A DNA stretch of 64,000 nucleotides from Acidobacteriota bacterium (GCA_963666055.2 CAXWPH010000015.1:2112001-2176000), one strand, 5' to 3'; positions 39,807-50,516 are shown, numbered from the stretch's first letter. Notes: a model not told the origin generated them from the letters alone. A program made the numbers and translations.

Positions 39807-41626
39807 ATGAACATCCTCGGGATCTCGGCTTTCTACCACGACTCGGCGGCGTGCTTGGTGCGCGACGACACCATCGTGGCGGCGGCCCAGGAAGAACGCT
39901 TCACGCGCAAGAAACACGACTTCCGTTTTCCCGCCCACGCCATCGAGTACTGTCTGAGGGCCGGCGATATCGACGCGTCGGATCTCGACACGGTCGCCTT
40001 CTATGACAAGCCGTGGGCCAAGTTCGAGCGTCTGCTGGAGACCTACCTGGCATTCGCTCCGCAGGGCCTCAACTCGTTTCTGAAGGCCATGCCGCTCTGG
40101 CTCAAGCAGAAGCTCTGGATAGGGGAGCTGATAGCCAGGGAGACGGGTTTCGAAGGCGACATGCTCTACCCGGAGCATCACCAATCACACGCCGCCTCGG
40201 CGTTTTTTCCCTCGCCTTTCGAATCGGCTGCGATCCTCACGATGGATGGGTAGGCGAGTGGGCGACCGCCTCGTGGGGTGCTGGGGTGGACAACAGCATC
40301 GAGCTTGCCGCCGAGCTCAGGTTCCCGCACAGCCTGGGCCTGCTGTACACCGCGTTCACCTACTACACCGGCTTTCGCGTGAACTCCGGTGAGTACAAGG
40401 TCATGGGCCTCGCACCCTACGGCGAGCCCAAGTACGTAGGCCTGATCCTCGATGAGTTGATGGACCTGCGTGAAGACGGTTCCTTCCGGCTCGACATGAA
40501 GTACTTCAACTACTGTCAGGGGCTGACCATGACCTCGGAGGCGTTCCACGAGCTATTCGGCGCCCCTCCCCGGCAGCCCGAGAGTGAGCTTACTCAGCGC
40601 GAGATGGACCTGGCGCGGTCGATCCAGGAGGTTTGCGAGGAGGTGATGCTGCGGATGGCTAGGCACGTCCGCACCCAGACTGGTGAGCGTAATCTGGTTA
40701 TGGCCGGTGGCGTGGCTCTGAACTGCGTCGGTAACGGCAAGATCCTGCGAGCCGGTATCTTCGACGATGTCTGGATCCAGCCTGCGGCAGGCGACGCCGG
40801 CGGCGCCTTGGGCGCGGCGCTCTTCGCAGCCCACCAGGTTCACGCCGTGCCGCGCTACACCGCTGCCAATGGACGCGACCTCCAGAGCGGGTCCTACCTG
40901 GGGCCGTCGTGGAGCGGTGACGAGATCGAACAGTGGCTTCTCGAGCAGCGTTACCCCTACGAGCGTCATACCGAGGAGACCATCCCCGATGTCACCGCCG
41001 ACTTGTTGTCGACGGGAAATGTGGTGGGCTGGTTCAGCGGACGCATGGAGTTCGGTCCGCGGGCGTTGGGCGCGCGAAGCATTATCGGAGACTCACGCGA
41101 TCGACAGATGCAGCGCAAGCTCAACCTGAAGATCAAGTATCGCGAATCGTTTCGACCCTTCGCACCCAGCTGTCTGGTCGAGGACGTGTCGGAGTACTTC
41201 GACCTCGATCGGCCATCGCCCTACATGTTGTTGGTTGCCCCGGTGCGAGAGGAGCGTCGGGTGGCGATGACCGAGGAGCAGACGCAGCTGTTTGGGATCA
41301 GCAAGTTGAACGTACCGCGTTCCGACATTCCGGCGGTAACCCACATCGACTACTCTGCCCGCGTGCAGACGGTCGACGCACGCGATCATGCGCAATACCA
41401 CCGGCTTATCGAAGCGTTCAAGGAGCGCACCGGCTACGGCATTATTGTCAACACGTCGTTCAACGTTCGCGGCGAGCCGATCGTTTGCACGCCCGCGGAT
41501 GCTTATCTCTGTTTCATGCGCACGGAAATGGACGTGCTGGTGCTGCAAGATTGCATTCTGATGAAGTCCGACCAGCCGCCTCTCGGTGACGACGTCGACT
41601 GGCGCGACCTTTACGAGCTGGATTAG
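39807..41626 (+). pseudogene. O-carbamoyltransferase (NodU/CmcH/SxtI family), frameshift near 40248
   Basis: ILGISAFYHDSAA, EHH.SHAAS, GGVALNC, GRMEFGPRALG.RS, NTSFN.RGEPIV; one G missing in gatggg|tag. Confidence 0.88.
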
Positions 41627-41680
41627 CAGGGCAAGTTCCACCACGGCCTGCTCGCGTCCCGCACGGAGCACCCACGAATC

Positions 41681-42085
41681 GTGGCCTTGAAGAAGCAGCA
41701 AACTGACGCGCAGCGGCTGCCCAAATTCGGAATCGTGATGGCGGTGGCATTTGCGCTGCTGGCGTCGTTGCTGTTGTGGAGAGAGCGGCCGGCGGGCCCG
41801 TATCTGCTCTACGTGAGCGCGGCGTTCCTTGTTGCCGCACTGATCCTGCCGCCGGTTCTGGCACCGATCGAGCGTGTCTGGATGGCGTTGGCGCGCCTTC
41901 TACAGGTTGTCATGACGACGCTGATCTTGACGCTGACGTTCTTCGTTGTGATGACCCCGATGGGCTTCTTGCTGCGGCTGTCAGGAAAGGACCTCCTGGA
42001 CATGCGACGAGATCCCGATGCTGAGAGTTACTGGGTTCCGGTGGATCCGGACGGCCCCGTGTCGCGCCCCGATAAGCCCTATTGA
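41681..42085 (+). CDS. SxtJ-like membrane protein
   Basis: KFG..., WM.LA..L, FFVVMTPMG..LRL.GKD.L, SYW. Confidence 0.8.
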   Translation: MALKKQQTDAQRLPKFGIVMAVAFALLASLLLWRERPAGPYLLYVSAAFLVAALILPPVLAPIERVWMALARLLQVVMTTLILTLTFFVVMTPMGFLLRLSGKDLLDMRRDPDAESYWVPVDPDGPVSRPDKPY

Positions 42086-42163
42086 GGCCTCACCGCGAAA
42101 GCCGCGGGCGATACTGATATTCTCCGTGACGAGTCGCAGGACGTTGGAGCAGGAGGTGCAGAG

Positions 42164-42313
42164 ATGTCGAGGCTAGGGCTCGTCTGGGGTTTTCTGAGAT
42201 CCCGCAAGAAGTGGTGGCTGACGCCCATCGTGGTGTTCCTCGTGTTGCTCGGCTTGTTGATCGTGCTCTCGGAGGGCTCCGCCGTCGCCCCCTTCATTTA
42301 TGCGCTTTTCTAG
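42164..42313 (+). CDS. DUF5989/SxtK-like small membrane protein (49 aa; not in the ORF track)
   Basis: AGGAGG RBS; MSRLGLVWGFLRSRKKWWLTPIVVFLVLLGLLIVLSEGSAVAPFIYALF. Confidence 0.88.
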   Translation: MSRLGLVWGFLRSRKKWWLTPIVVFLVLLGLLIVLSEGSAVAPFIYALF

Positions 42314-42368
42314 CGAGTGGCGTAACACAAAACTCGCATTTGTCGTCTCGTAGTGTCGGAGGTCGATC

Positions 42369-43718
42369 TTGCCGCAGGAGCTCAGCACCGAGCGCTCGTT
42401 ACCCCACAACGTGGAGGTAGAGCGCTCCATCCTCGGCGCCGTGCTGCTGGACAATCAGGCGTTTAACGCCGCCGCCCAGACCATCTCTCCTGAGGATTTC
42501 TTCGGTGATGCCAACCGGCTGATCTACGAGGCCATGACCTGGCTATCGGAACGCTCCGAAGCCATCGATACGGTGACCCTGCGCGAGGAACTAGCACGGC
42601 GTGACGTGCTGGAGCGGGCTGGCGGAGCGGCATATATCTCTAGCCTGATCGATGGGTTGCCGGCGGCGGCCAACGTCGATCAGTACGCGCGTATTATCAA
42701 GGACAAGGCGGCGCTCCGGAGTCTCATCGGGGCGTCCAACTCCATCATCCGCATGGCGCTGGAGGGCGCCATCGAGACCGACGATTTGCTCGATCGCGCT
42801 GAGCACTCGATCTTCGCGATCAGCGAGAGCAACATCCGGCGCGGGTTCCTCTCCGTTCGCGACGTCGCTTTCGACGCCATGAAGGAGATCGAGGAGCTGA
42901 TGGAGCGCGGTGACTATGTCACCGGCGTGCCGACGGGTTTCAAGCGACTCGACGCCTTGACCGCCGGTTTGCACCCGGGCGACCTGGTGATCCTGGCGGG
43001 GCGCCCGTCGATGGGCAAGACGTCCTTGGCGCTCAATGTCGCCCAACACGTAGCGCTCGAGGTAGGCGGCACCGTCGGGGTGTTCTCGCTCGAGATGTCC
43101 GTCCAGCAGGTTGTCCGCCGGCTGGTCACCGCCGTCGCCCAGGTGGATGCTCACAAGCTCGCGACCGGGTTCTTGTCGAGCGGCGACAAGGACCGGTTAC
43201 TCGACGGCCTGCACAAGCTGTCCGAGACCAAGATCTTCATCGATGACTCCGCCTCCCTCACGGCGCTCGAGATGCGTGCCAAGGCGCGCCGACTGAAGGC
43301 AGAACACGGCCTCGATTTACTAATCGTCGACTACTTGCAGCTGGTTCGCGGTAGCACCCGTACCGATAACCGCAACCTCGAGCTGGGAGAGATATCACGC
43401 TCGCTCAAGGCGCTCGCCAAGGAGCTGCAGGTGCCCGTGCTGGCACTTTCGCAGCTCTCGCGTGCCACCGAGACACGGTCGGGCCACCGCCCGCAGCTGT
43501 CGGACTTGCGCGAATCCGGCAACCTGGAGCAAGACGCTGACGTGGTGGCGTTTATCTTCCGCCCCGAGGTGTACAACCAGGAGGATCCGGAGCTCGAGGG
43601 TCTCGCCGAGCTGATCATCGCCAAGCAGCGGAACGGTCCGACCGGCAGCGTTCCGCTCGCCTTCCTGAAGCCCTACACGCTCTTCAAGGATCGCGCCGAC
43701 GTCGAGGGTGCCTTCTGA
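42369..43718 (+). CDS. dnaB: Replicative DNA helicase
   Basis: PH..E.E.S.LG, GRPSMGKT, FSLEM, IVDYLQL, SDLRESG.LEQDAD, KQRNGPTG. Confidence 0.97.
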   Translation: MPQELSTERSLPHNVEVERSILGAVLLDNQAFNAAAQTISPEDFFGDANRLIYEAMTWLSERSEAIDTVTLREELARRDVLERAGGAAYISSLIDGLPAAANVDQYARIIKDKAALRSLIGASNSIIRMALEGAIETDDLLDRAEHSIFAISESNIRRGFLSVRDVAFDAMKEIEELMERGDYVTGVPTGFKRLDALTAGLHPGDLVILAGRPSMGKTSLALNVAQHVALEVGGTVGVFSLEMSVQQVVRRLVTAVAQVDAHKLATGFLSSGDKDRLLDGLHKLSETKIFIDDSASLTALEMRAKARRLKAEHGLDLLIVDYLQLVRGSTRTDNRNLELGEISRSLKALAKELQVPVLALSQLSRATETRSGHRPQLSDLRESGNLEQDADVVAFIFRPEVYNQEDPELEGLAELIIAKQRNGPTGSVPLAFLKPYTLFKDRADVEGAF

Positions 43719-43754
43719 TCGGTGCGTCGTTGAGCGCGCAGCTAACATAGGCGC

Positions 43755-45110
43755 ATGCGCGAAGCTTCTTCGGCGATGCCAAGCTCCTGCCGACCGACCG
43801 TGGCGGAGATCGATCTCGGCGCCTGTGTGCACAACCTGCGGCGCCTACGTGACAAGGTGGGCGCCATCGATGTCTGGCCTGTGGTCAAGGCCGACGCGTA
43901 CGGACATGGAGCCGTGGCTGTAGCCAAGGCTCTCTGCGCCGAACGCGTAACCGGGTTGTGCGTGGCGACCGCGAGCGAAGGTCGTCAGCTGCGGCAAGCG
44001 GGCATCGAAGTGCCTGTTCTGGTGATGGCCGGGCTCGCCCTTTCAGCAACGGAAGACGCCTTTCGATTGGTCGTGGAGTATGGCCTCGCGGCCGGTATCC
44101 AGGCCGCTACCGTCGGCGCTCGACTGTCGGATACGGCTCGAGAGCTCGGCATCGGGCCGGCCTCGGTCCATCTCAAGGTCGACACCGGTATGGGGCGGCT
44201 CGGCATCGTGCCGGATCAGGTCACCCACCTGGCGCGGGCGCTGGCCGACGAGCCGACGTTGTCGTTCGATGGGCTTTTTTCGAACCTTGCGAGCAGCGAC
44301 AGCTTCGCCGACGATGATCCAGGAACGGACTTCGTGCGTCAGCAGATCGACATCTTCGATCAGGTTTGCGCCGTGCTCGAACAGGACGACATACTGCCGG
44401 TGCATCGCACCCTGGCGAATAGCGCTGGCCTGATGCACCACGCGGAGTCATGGCGTGGTCCGACGTTTACCGGAGTACGACCGGGCCTGGCAATTTACGG
44501 AGCCTCCCTCAACCCGGGAAAGGGCATTGGCGGCCTACGCCCGGCGATGCGGCTGGTAACCGGCATCATGGCGATCCGCGACCTTCCGAAGGGGGTCACG
44601 GTGGGATACGGGATGACCGCGACCACCTATAAAGCCACTCGGGTGGCAGCGTTGCCCCTCGGGTACCATGACGGCCTTCCGCGCGCCCTGGGCAACCGTG
44701 GCTGGGTTTCGATAGGCGGCCGTCGGGCTCCGATCATCGGCAGAGTCAGCATGGACCTCACCCTCGTCGATGTCACCGATGTGCCGGCGGCGCGGGTCGG
44801 CGACGAAGTCGTCGTGTTCGGCAACACCGAGCCCTTGGCGGGCTCCCCCAGCGAGGCCGAGGCCGAATCGACGGGCTATTCCGACACCCTGTCGATCGCA
44901 GTCGCGGCTGCCGATGGGGACGCCGACGAGGGCCCCGTCGAGGCGCAGACTGCCGCCACGGAAACTGCCAGGCAGGCGTGCATCAGCGTCGAGGAAGTTT
45001 CGGAATGGGCGGAGACCATCCCGCACGAGATTCTCAGCCGTATCGGCTCTAGAGTGCCGCGACGCTACTCGACATCTGCCGGCAACGATGCCGCCGAGGT
45101 GCTGCGATGA
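43755..45110 (+). CDS. alr: Alanine racemase
   Basis: VVKADAYGHG, HLKVDTGMGRLG, ANSA, GRVSMD. Confidence 0.95.
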   Translation: MREASSAMPSSCRPTVAEIDLGACVHNLRRLRDKVGAIDVWPVVKADAYGHGAVAVAKALCAERVTGLCVATASEGRQLRQAGIEVPVLVMAGLALSATEDAFRLVVEYGLAAGIQAATVGARLSDTARELGIGPASVHLKVDTGMGRLGIVPDQVTHLARALADEPTLSFDGLFSNLASSDSFADDDPGTDFVRQQIDIFDQVCAVLEQDDILPVHRTLANSAGLMHHAESWRGPTFTGVRPGLAIYGASLNPGKGIGGLRPAMRLVTGIMAIRDLPKGVTVGYGMTATTYKATRVAALPLGYHDGLPRALGNRGWVSIGGRRAPIIGRVSMDLTLVDVTDVPAARVGDEVVVFGNTEPLAGSPSEAEAESTGYSDTLSIAVAAADGDADEGPVEAQTAATETARQACISVEEVSEWAETIPHEILSRIGSRVPRRYSTSAGNDAAEVLR

Positions 45111-45892
45111 GCCGATTGGTGGCCGGCATCGGCCGGTTCGCAATCGGATCCCTCGAATCGGCGGGGGAGGCGTCGCTGCTGCTATGGCGTTCGCTCGCTA
45201 GCCTGACTCGTCGACCGTGGTACCTGCGCAATTGGTTCGAGCAGATGGTCGAGCTCGGCAATCGCTCCTTGCCGGTCATCGTCGTCACTGCGGTGTTCTC
45301 GGGTGCGGTGTTCGCCCTGCAGATCTGGGAAGGCTTCGAGCAGTTCGGTGCTACGACGCTGGTTGCTTTCTCGGTTGCCTTGGCGATGACGCGCGAGCTC
45401 ATCCCGGTGCTGGGCTCATTGATGGTCGCCGGCCGTGCCGGTGCCGCGATGGCGGCGGAGATTGGCACGATGCGCGTCACGGAGCAGATCGACGCGATGG
45501 AAGCTATGGCGACCGACCCGGTGAAGTACCTCGTCGTGCCGCGCGTTGTCGCGGGGGCGGTGATGTTGCCGGTGGTCGTGGTGATCGGCGACCTGTTGGG
45601 CATCTTGGGTGGCTACGTGGTCTCCGTGTATATGAACGACGCGCGGCCGGTCGCCTACTGGGATGCCAGCTTCGCCTTCATGACCGTCGACGATGTCGTC
45701 TCTGGGCTGATCAAAGCGTCGATCTTCGGCGTCATGATCGCCATTTTTTCCTGCATGCGCGGCTTCGGCGCCAGCGGCGGAGCCAAGGGTGTCGGCAAGG
45801 CTACCACCAGCGCCGTCGTGACCAGCAGTATGGCGATCTTGATCTCCGACTTCTTTCTCACCAAAGCGCTGCTCGTTCTGTGGGACATGTGA
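45107..45892 (+). CDS. mlaE: MlaE-family ABC permease
   Basis: REL.PV, AGRAGA..AAEIGTMRVTEQIDA, GVGKATT.AVV. Confidence 0.93.
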   Translation: MSRLVAGIGRFAIGSLESAGEASLLLWRSLASLTRRPWYLRNWFEQMVELGNRSLPVIVVTAVFSGAVFALQIWEGFEQFGATTLVAFSVALAMTRELIPVLGSLMVAGRAGAAMAAEIGTMRVTEQIDAMEAMATDPVKYLVVPRVVAGAVMLPVVVVIGDLLGILGGYVVSVYMNDARPVAYWDASFAFMTVDDVVSGLIKASIFGVMIAIFSCMRGFGASGGAKGVGKATTSAVVTSSMAILISDFFLTKALLVLWDM

Positions 45893-46650
45893 CCGAACAG
45901 TCATTCATCCGTATCAGCGATCTGCATAAGAGCTTCGGCGACCTGCACGTATTGCGCGGTGTCGATCTCGACGTTGCCCGCGGCGAATCGCTGGTGATTA
46001 TCGGCAGCTCGGGTACGGGCAAGAGCGTGCTGATCAAGCACGTGATCGGTTTGCTGACACCCGATCAGGGCGACTTGGTGGTCGATGGGTCGTCGGTTCC
46101 CGGGCTCGGGCGTGATGCTCTCTCCAGGCTCCGCCGACGCATGGGCATGCTCTTTCAGTACGCCGCACTGTTTGACTCCATGAACGTCGGCGACAACGTT
46201 GCCTTCGCGCTACGTCAACAACGCGACTGGCCCGAAGCGCGCGTCCAGGAGCGGGTGCGCGAGGTGCTCCGCTGGGTGGGCCTAAGGGGCATCGAGGACA
46301 AGGTGCCCGCCGAGCTTTCCGGCGGCATGAAGAAGCGCGTCGGGCTGGCTCGGGCCATCGCGCTCGAGCCGGAGATCATTCTCTACGATGAGCCCACGAG
46401 CGGGCTCGACCCGATTCTTGCCGACCAGATCAACGATCTGATTCTCGATCTCAACACGCGTCTCAACGCGACTTCGCTGACCATCACGCACGACATGGTG
46501 TCGGCATACAAGATCGCCGATCGAATCGCGATGCTTTATGAGGGCAAGATCGAGGAAGCCGGCACTCCGCAGCAGATCCAGGCCAGCGACAACCCGGTCA
46601 TCCAACAGTTCATCAACGGGCGCGCCGACGGGCCCATCAAGATGATGTAG
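45889..46650 (+). CDS. mlaF: MlaF-family ABC ATPase
   Basis: GSSGTGKS, LSGGMKKRVGLARA, YDEPTSGLDP. Confidence 0.92.
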   Translation: MTEQSFIRISDLHKSFGDLHVLRGVDLDVARGESLVIIGSSGTGKSVLIKHVIGLLTPDQGDLVVDGSSVPGLGRDALSRLRRRMGMLFQYAALFDSMNVGDNVAFALRQQRDWPEARVQERVREVLRWVGLRGIEDKVPAELSGGMKKRVGLARAIALEPEIILYDEPTSGLDPILADQINDLILDLNTRLNATSLTITHDMVSAYKIADRIAMLYEGKIEEAGTPQQIQASDNPVIQQFINGRADGPIKMM

Positions 46651-46680
46651 ACGTTGGGAAGCTGCCTACCCTCCGCGCGA

Positions 46681-47253
46681 TCACAGCTTTCCGCGATAGT
46701 CGAAGTTCAGGCGGGCGGACGACAGTGGTGGCAGCTCCAGATCCTTGTCCGACAGGATCACGTCGTCGCGTGGGAACGGCCACTGAAGTCCCAGCGCCGG
46801 ATCGAAGGCGTTCACTCCGGCTTCCGATTCGGGGGCATACTCGGCTGTCTGCACGTAGAGGAAGTGGGTGTCGTCCTCGAGCGCGCAGAATCCGTGTGCG
46901 AACCCCGGCGGGATCCATAGCAGGCTTCGGTTTTCGGCGCTGAGCTCGATCGCGACGTGCTGGCCAAACCAGGGCGAACCGCGACGCACATCGAGGGCAA
47001 CGTCGAACACGGCGCCGCGCAACACTCGCACCAGTTTCCCCTGCCCTTTCGGCTCTAGCTGATAGTGCAGCCCGCGCAGCACCTTGGCCTCCGAGATGGA
47101 CTCGTTCACCTGTGCGACGCGAACGTCGGCTCCCCGCGCGGCAAGCGCGGAGTGCCTGAAAGTCTCCAGGAAGCCACCACGGTCATCGCGTAGCAGCTCC
47201 GACCGGATCAAGAGCACATCGGGAATGTCGGTCGCGGCGATTTCTAGGGGCAT
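46681..47253 (-). CDS. rfbC: dTDP-4-dehydrorhamnose 3,5-epimerase
   Basis: D.RG.F.E, LRGLHYQ, DVALDVRRGSP.FG, PPGFAHGF, LSDKD. Confidence 0.93.
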   Translation of the reverse strand: MPLEIAATDIPDVLLIRSELLRDDRGGFLETFRHSALAARGADVRVAQVNESISEAKVLRGLHYQLEPKGQGKLVRVLRGAVFDVALDVRRGSPWFGQHVAIELSAENRSLLWIPPGFAHGFCALEDDTHFLYVQTAEYAPESEAGVNAFDPALGLQWPFPRDDVILSDKDLELPPLSSARLNFDYRGKL

Positions 47254-47433
47254 GAAACTCGCTGCTCCGGGATGGTCACGCGGTGAACTGGTATCGACCG
47301 TGAACCTGGGAGCTGCGCAATCTAACATGGTGCAAAGGCGGGGAAACGCGCAACGCTACCGGGCAGCCGCTATTCTTAGTCTTGCAAGCTCGCTTGAAGA
47401 ACGGACACCCGGCGACCTTGCGGAGGCAAGCGC

Positions 47434-48900
47434 ATGCGTACGGAAATCAAGGTCGGCTCGTTGGTTCTGGTGGCGATCGTCGTGCTGGCGTATTTCGTCA
47501 TCAAGGTCGAGGACATCGGTAGCTTCCGGAGCGCGGACAGCTATGTGATCAATGTCCGATTCGAGAATGCTGCCGGCCTTGGCGTAGACGACCCCGCTAT
47601 GCTTGCGGGGGTACGTGTCGGCAGGGTGTCGGCGGTGCGGCTGAACATGCGCGAGGGCGTTGCGGAGGTCGAGCTTCAACTATTGCGCTCCGTGGAGGTG
47701 CACGATGACGCGGTCGCGATCGTCGGATCCACCGGGATGCTCGGAGACCGTATGCTCGATCTGCGGCCGGGCTCACCCGAGCGTCCGCTCGTGCCGGAAG
47801 GAGGATGGATCCGCGGCGGGGATCCAGTTTCGGTCGACCAGCTGGTCGGTGTCATGTCGAGCATCGGGCGCAACCTCGAACTAACGACACGCACCTTGTC
47901 GTCGGTGCTCGGCACGGCAGAGGGTGAAGCGTCGCTACGTGAGATTCTCATCAGTGTTCAGAGTGTCACGGGACGCTTCGATGAGATCTTGTCGGCGAAT
48001 CGCGCCACCATCGACTCCGGCTTTGGCAACATGGACGCGGCGTTCGGCAACATCAACGAGCTGTCGGCAACCCTCAAGGACAGCCTGCCCCAGTTGGTCG
48101 ACGAGATGCGCAGCCTGTCGGCCAACGTGTCCGAAGTCATGGGGCGCAGCGGCGACGGACTCGGCAGCGCCGGCGCCAACCTACGCGAAGTCACCGAGCG
48201 ACTGAAACGCTCCGCGGCCGATCTGGAGGAGATCCTCGCCAAGGCGAACCGCGGCGAAGGGACGGTAGGAAGATTGGTCAACGAGTCGGACACCGTAGAT
48301 CGACTCAACCGGGCTCTCGACTCGGTCGATGACAGCCTGGCCGCCGCCGACACGTTCTTTCGTCGCGTTGGCGAGGCACAGTTCAGCTTCGAGTGGCGCT
48401 CGGAGTTCTATCAGCGCCTCGAGTCCAGCAAGAACTACTTCGGGATTCGCATGGAGCTCGGCGATCAGCGATCGGGCCGCGGGTTCGAGTTTCATCTCGT
48501 CGACGACAACATCGGGGGCATCACCGAGACCAATATCACGACGCAGACATTCGACCCATTCAACGGTGACCTGCTCACTACGACGCTCGAGCGCAAGCTT
48601 GTCCGCAGCGAAGGGTTTCGGATCAGCGCCGTGATGACGCAACGCTTCGGTCGGGTACAGGTGCGCGGCGGCATTCTCGAGTCGCAGGCGGGGTTCGGGA
48701 TCGACTACTTCGCGGTGGAGGATCGGTTGCGGTTCATCGGCGAGGTTTGGGATCTTGGCCGCGACCCCGATCCGCACGTCAAGCTGCGGTTTCAGTGGAA
48801 CCTGGGCGGCCGCTTCTTCTTGACCGGCGGATGGGACGACGCGCTGCGCTCGGGGCTGCGTAGCTACTATCTCGGAGGTGGATATAGCTTCACTCGATAG
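47434..48900 (+). CDS. mlaD: MCE/MlaD family protein with coiled coil and beta-rich C-terminus
   Basis: EIKVG.TM, F.NAAGL, AGVRVG.V, GMLGD, G.GTVGRLV. Confidence 0.85.
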   Translation: MRTEIKVGSLVLVAIVVLAYFVIKVEDIGSFRSADSYVINVRFENAAGLGVDDPAMLAGVRVGRVSAVRLNMREGVAEVELQLLRSVEVHDDAVAIVGSTGMLGDRMLDLRPGSPERPLVPEGGWIRGGDPVSVDQLVGVMSSIGRNLELTTRTLSSVLGTAEGEASLREILISVQSVTGRFDEILSANRATIDSGFGNMDAAFGNINELSATLKDSLPQLVDEMRSLSANVSEVMGRSGDGLGSAGANLREVTERLKRSAADLEEILAKANRGEGTVGRLVNESDTVDRLNRALDSVDDSLAAADTFFRRVGEAQFSFEWRSEFYQRLESSKNYFGIRMELGDQRSGRGFEFHLVDDNIGGITETNITTQTFDPFNGDLLTTTLERKLVRSEGFRISAVMTQRFGRVQVRGGILESQAGFGIDYFAVEDRLRFIGEVWDLGRDPDPHVKLRFQWNLGGRFFLTGGWDDALRSGLRSYYLGGGYSFTR

Positions 48901-49783
48901 GGTCCTCGTCTTCGGCGGCTACGGCCAGGTAGGGGAGGCGCTTGCCGCCACCGCTGAGGTCGCCGGGCGTGATCCGGCGCGTATCGTGCAGCTCGGTCGT
49001 GGCGATGCCGATATCACCGACCAGACACGCGTCGAGGAGCTGCTTCAGGAGCATCGCGCCGGCACCGCCATTAACTGCGCTGTTTTCCACCCCGTCGACC
49101 TGTGTGAGACCGAGCCTAGGCAGGCCTTCCGCGTGAATGCGGTGGCGGCCGGCACGCTGGCTCGCGCCTGCAAGCGAGCGGCGACGCGACTGGTTCACCT
49201 GTCGACCGACTACGTGTTCGGTGGCCCGCGTCGCGTGCCGTTCCGCGAGACCGACCTGCCGGCGCCTCAGAATGTCTATGCAGCCTCCAAGCTGGCCGGC
49301 GAGCACCTCGTGCTGGCGGCTTCGGAGATACACACCGTGGTGCGTACCTCGGCGGTATACGGGAGAGCTCGCTCGGGACACGGTGCCCCGCCGTTCATCG
49401 AGCGTATGCTCGAGCGCGCCCGGCAGGGAACAGAGACGCGAGTAGTGAACGATCAGGTCGTCAGTCCCACGTACGCGCTCGACCTGGCGTCGGCCATCTG
49501 GGGGCTGCTGGACTGCGGCGCTTGCGGTCTGTTCCACGTTGCCAACAAGGGAGAAGCCACCTGGTTCGAGATCGCAGAGATTGCTTTCGAGGCGGTCGGC
49601 GCGCGGCGCCGGCTGGGGCCGACGACAGCCGCCGAGTTTGGTGCGCCCGCCAAACGCTCCGACTACACCGCTCTGGATAACGCCGCGCTGCGCCACCTGG
49701 GGTTGCCGGATCTGCCGCACTGGCGGGATGCGATGCGGCGGTATTTCGCCGCCAATCACCCGGGCCTGAAGTCGTCCCGCTGA
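48878..49783 (+). CDS. rfbD: dTDP-4-dehydrorhamnose reductase
   Basis: GG.GQVG, STDYVF.G, YAASK, V.DQ..SPT. Confidence 0.9.
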   Translation: MDIASLDRVLVFGGYGQVGEALAATAEVAGRDPARIVQLGRGDADITDQTRVEELLQEHRAGTAINCAVFHPVDLCETEPRQAFRVNAVAAGTLARACKRAATRLVHLSTDYVFGGPRRVPFRETDLPAPQNVYAASKLAGEHLVLAASEIHTVVRTSAVYGRARSGHGAPPFIERMLERARQGTETRVVNDQVVSPTYALDLASAIWGLLDCGACGLFHVANKGEATWFEIAEIAFEAVGARRRLGPTTAAEFGAPAKRSDYTALDNAALRHLGLPDLPHWRDAMRRYFAANHPGLKSSR

Positions 49784-49904
49784 GCGCCGACCACCGAAGC
49801 GTTCCTGCCCACGGCGACAACTCCTTGTTTCCCAGTGTCTTACACGCCGGGCCGCCCAGTGTCTCGCTCCATGTCTATTAATCTTAGTACTAATAGTAAT
49901 AAAA

Positions 49905-49934
49905 CTTGACTGTAATACAATCAGGTTTTATGAT
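49905..49934 (+). promoter_or_regulatory. sigma70 promoter of hsp20 overlapped by a HAIR-like (HspR) operator
   Basis: TTGACT (49906) N17 TATGAT (49929); cttgact-N7-aatcagg versus HAIR CTTGAGT-N7-ACTCAAG; AT-rich upstream element. Confidence 0.7.
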
Positions 49935-50066
49935 ACCGACAGCTGGGAACGAACGACGGGGACCGCTCAACAGGTTCGAGGTCCCCGTCGGCGTGACTCA
50001 GCTCCGGTGAATTGCTCGCCGGTGGCTCTTGCCAATCAGCTTTCAACTCCTGAAGGAGGACTACAA

Positions 50067-50516
50067 ATGCTGGTCCGTCGCACCAACACATTCCCCCACC
50101 TAACACTGCTGCAGCGCCGCTTCGGCACCATGACCGCCGGCAACTGGGGTGGCCTCTTCGAGAGCCCCGCACCCGCCGCTACGGGAAGGTGGGCGCCGGC
50201 CATGGACGTCATCGAGCAGGAGGACCAGATCCTGCTGCGTGCTGAGCTCCCCGGTCTTACCGAGGAGGACGTCGAGATCACCTTGGAGGACAACAAGCTC
50301 ACCCTCAAGGGTGAGAAGACGTTCCAGCACGACGCCTCAGATGGCCACTACCGCCGCATCGAGAGCGGCTACGGGAGCTTCCGACGCGTCTTCACCCTGC
50401 CAACCGCGGTAGATCAGGAGCACATCGACGCGCAGTTTCGCAACGGTGTGTTGGTGATCAGCCTGCCAAAGGCCGAGCAGGCCAAGCCGAAGAAGATCGA
50501 GGTGACCGTCAACTAG
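50067..50516 (+). CDS. Hsp20/alpha-crystallin small heat-shock protein
   Basis: AGGAGG RBS; WAPAMDV.E, AELPG, L..GE, YGSF.R.F.LP, NGVL.I.LPK. Confidence 0.95.
   Translation: MLVRRTNTFPHLTLLQRRFGTMTAGNWGGLFESPAPAATGRWAPAMDVIEQEDQILLRAELPGLTEEDVEITLEDNKLTLKGEKTFQHDASDGHYRRIESGYGSFRRVFTLPTAVDQEHIDAQFRNGVLVISLPKAEQAKPKKIEVTVN

Noticed and set aside
39807-42313. Saxitoxin biosynthesis
   Set aside because: No sxtA, sxtG or other core genes; the trio is widespread outside toxin clusters
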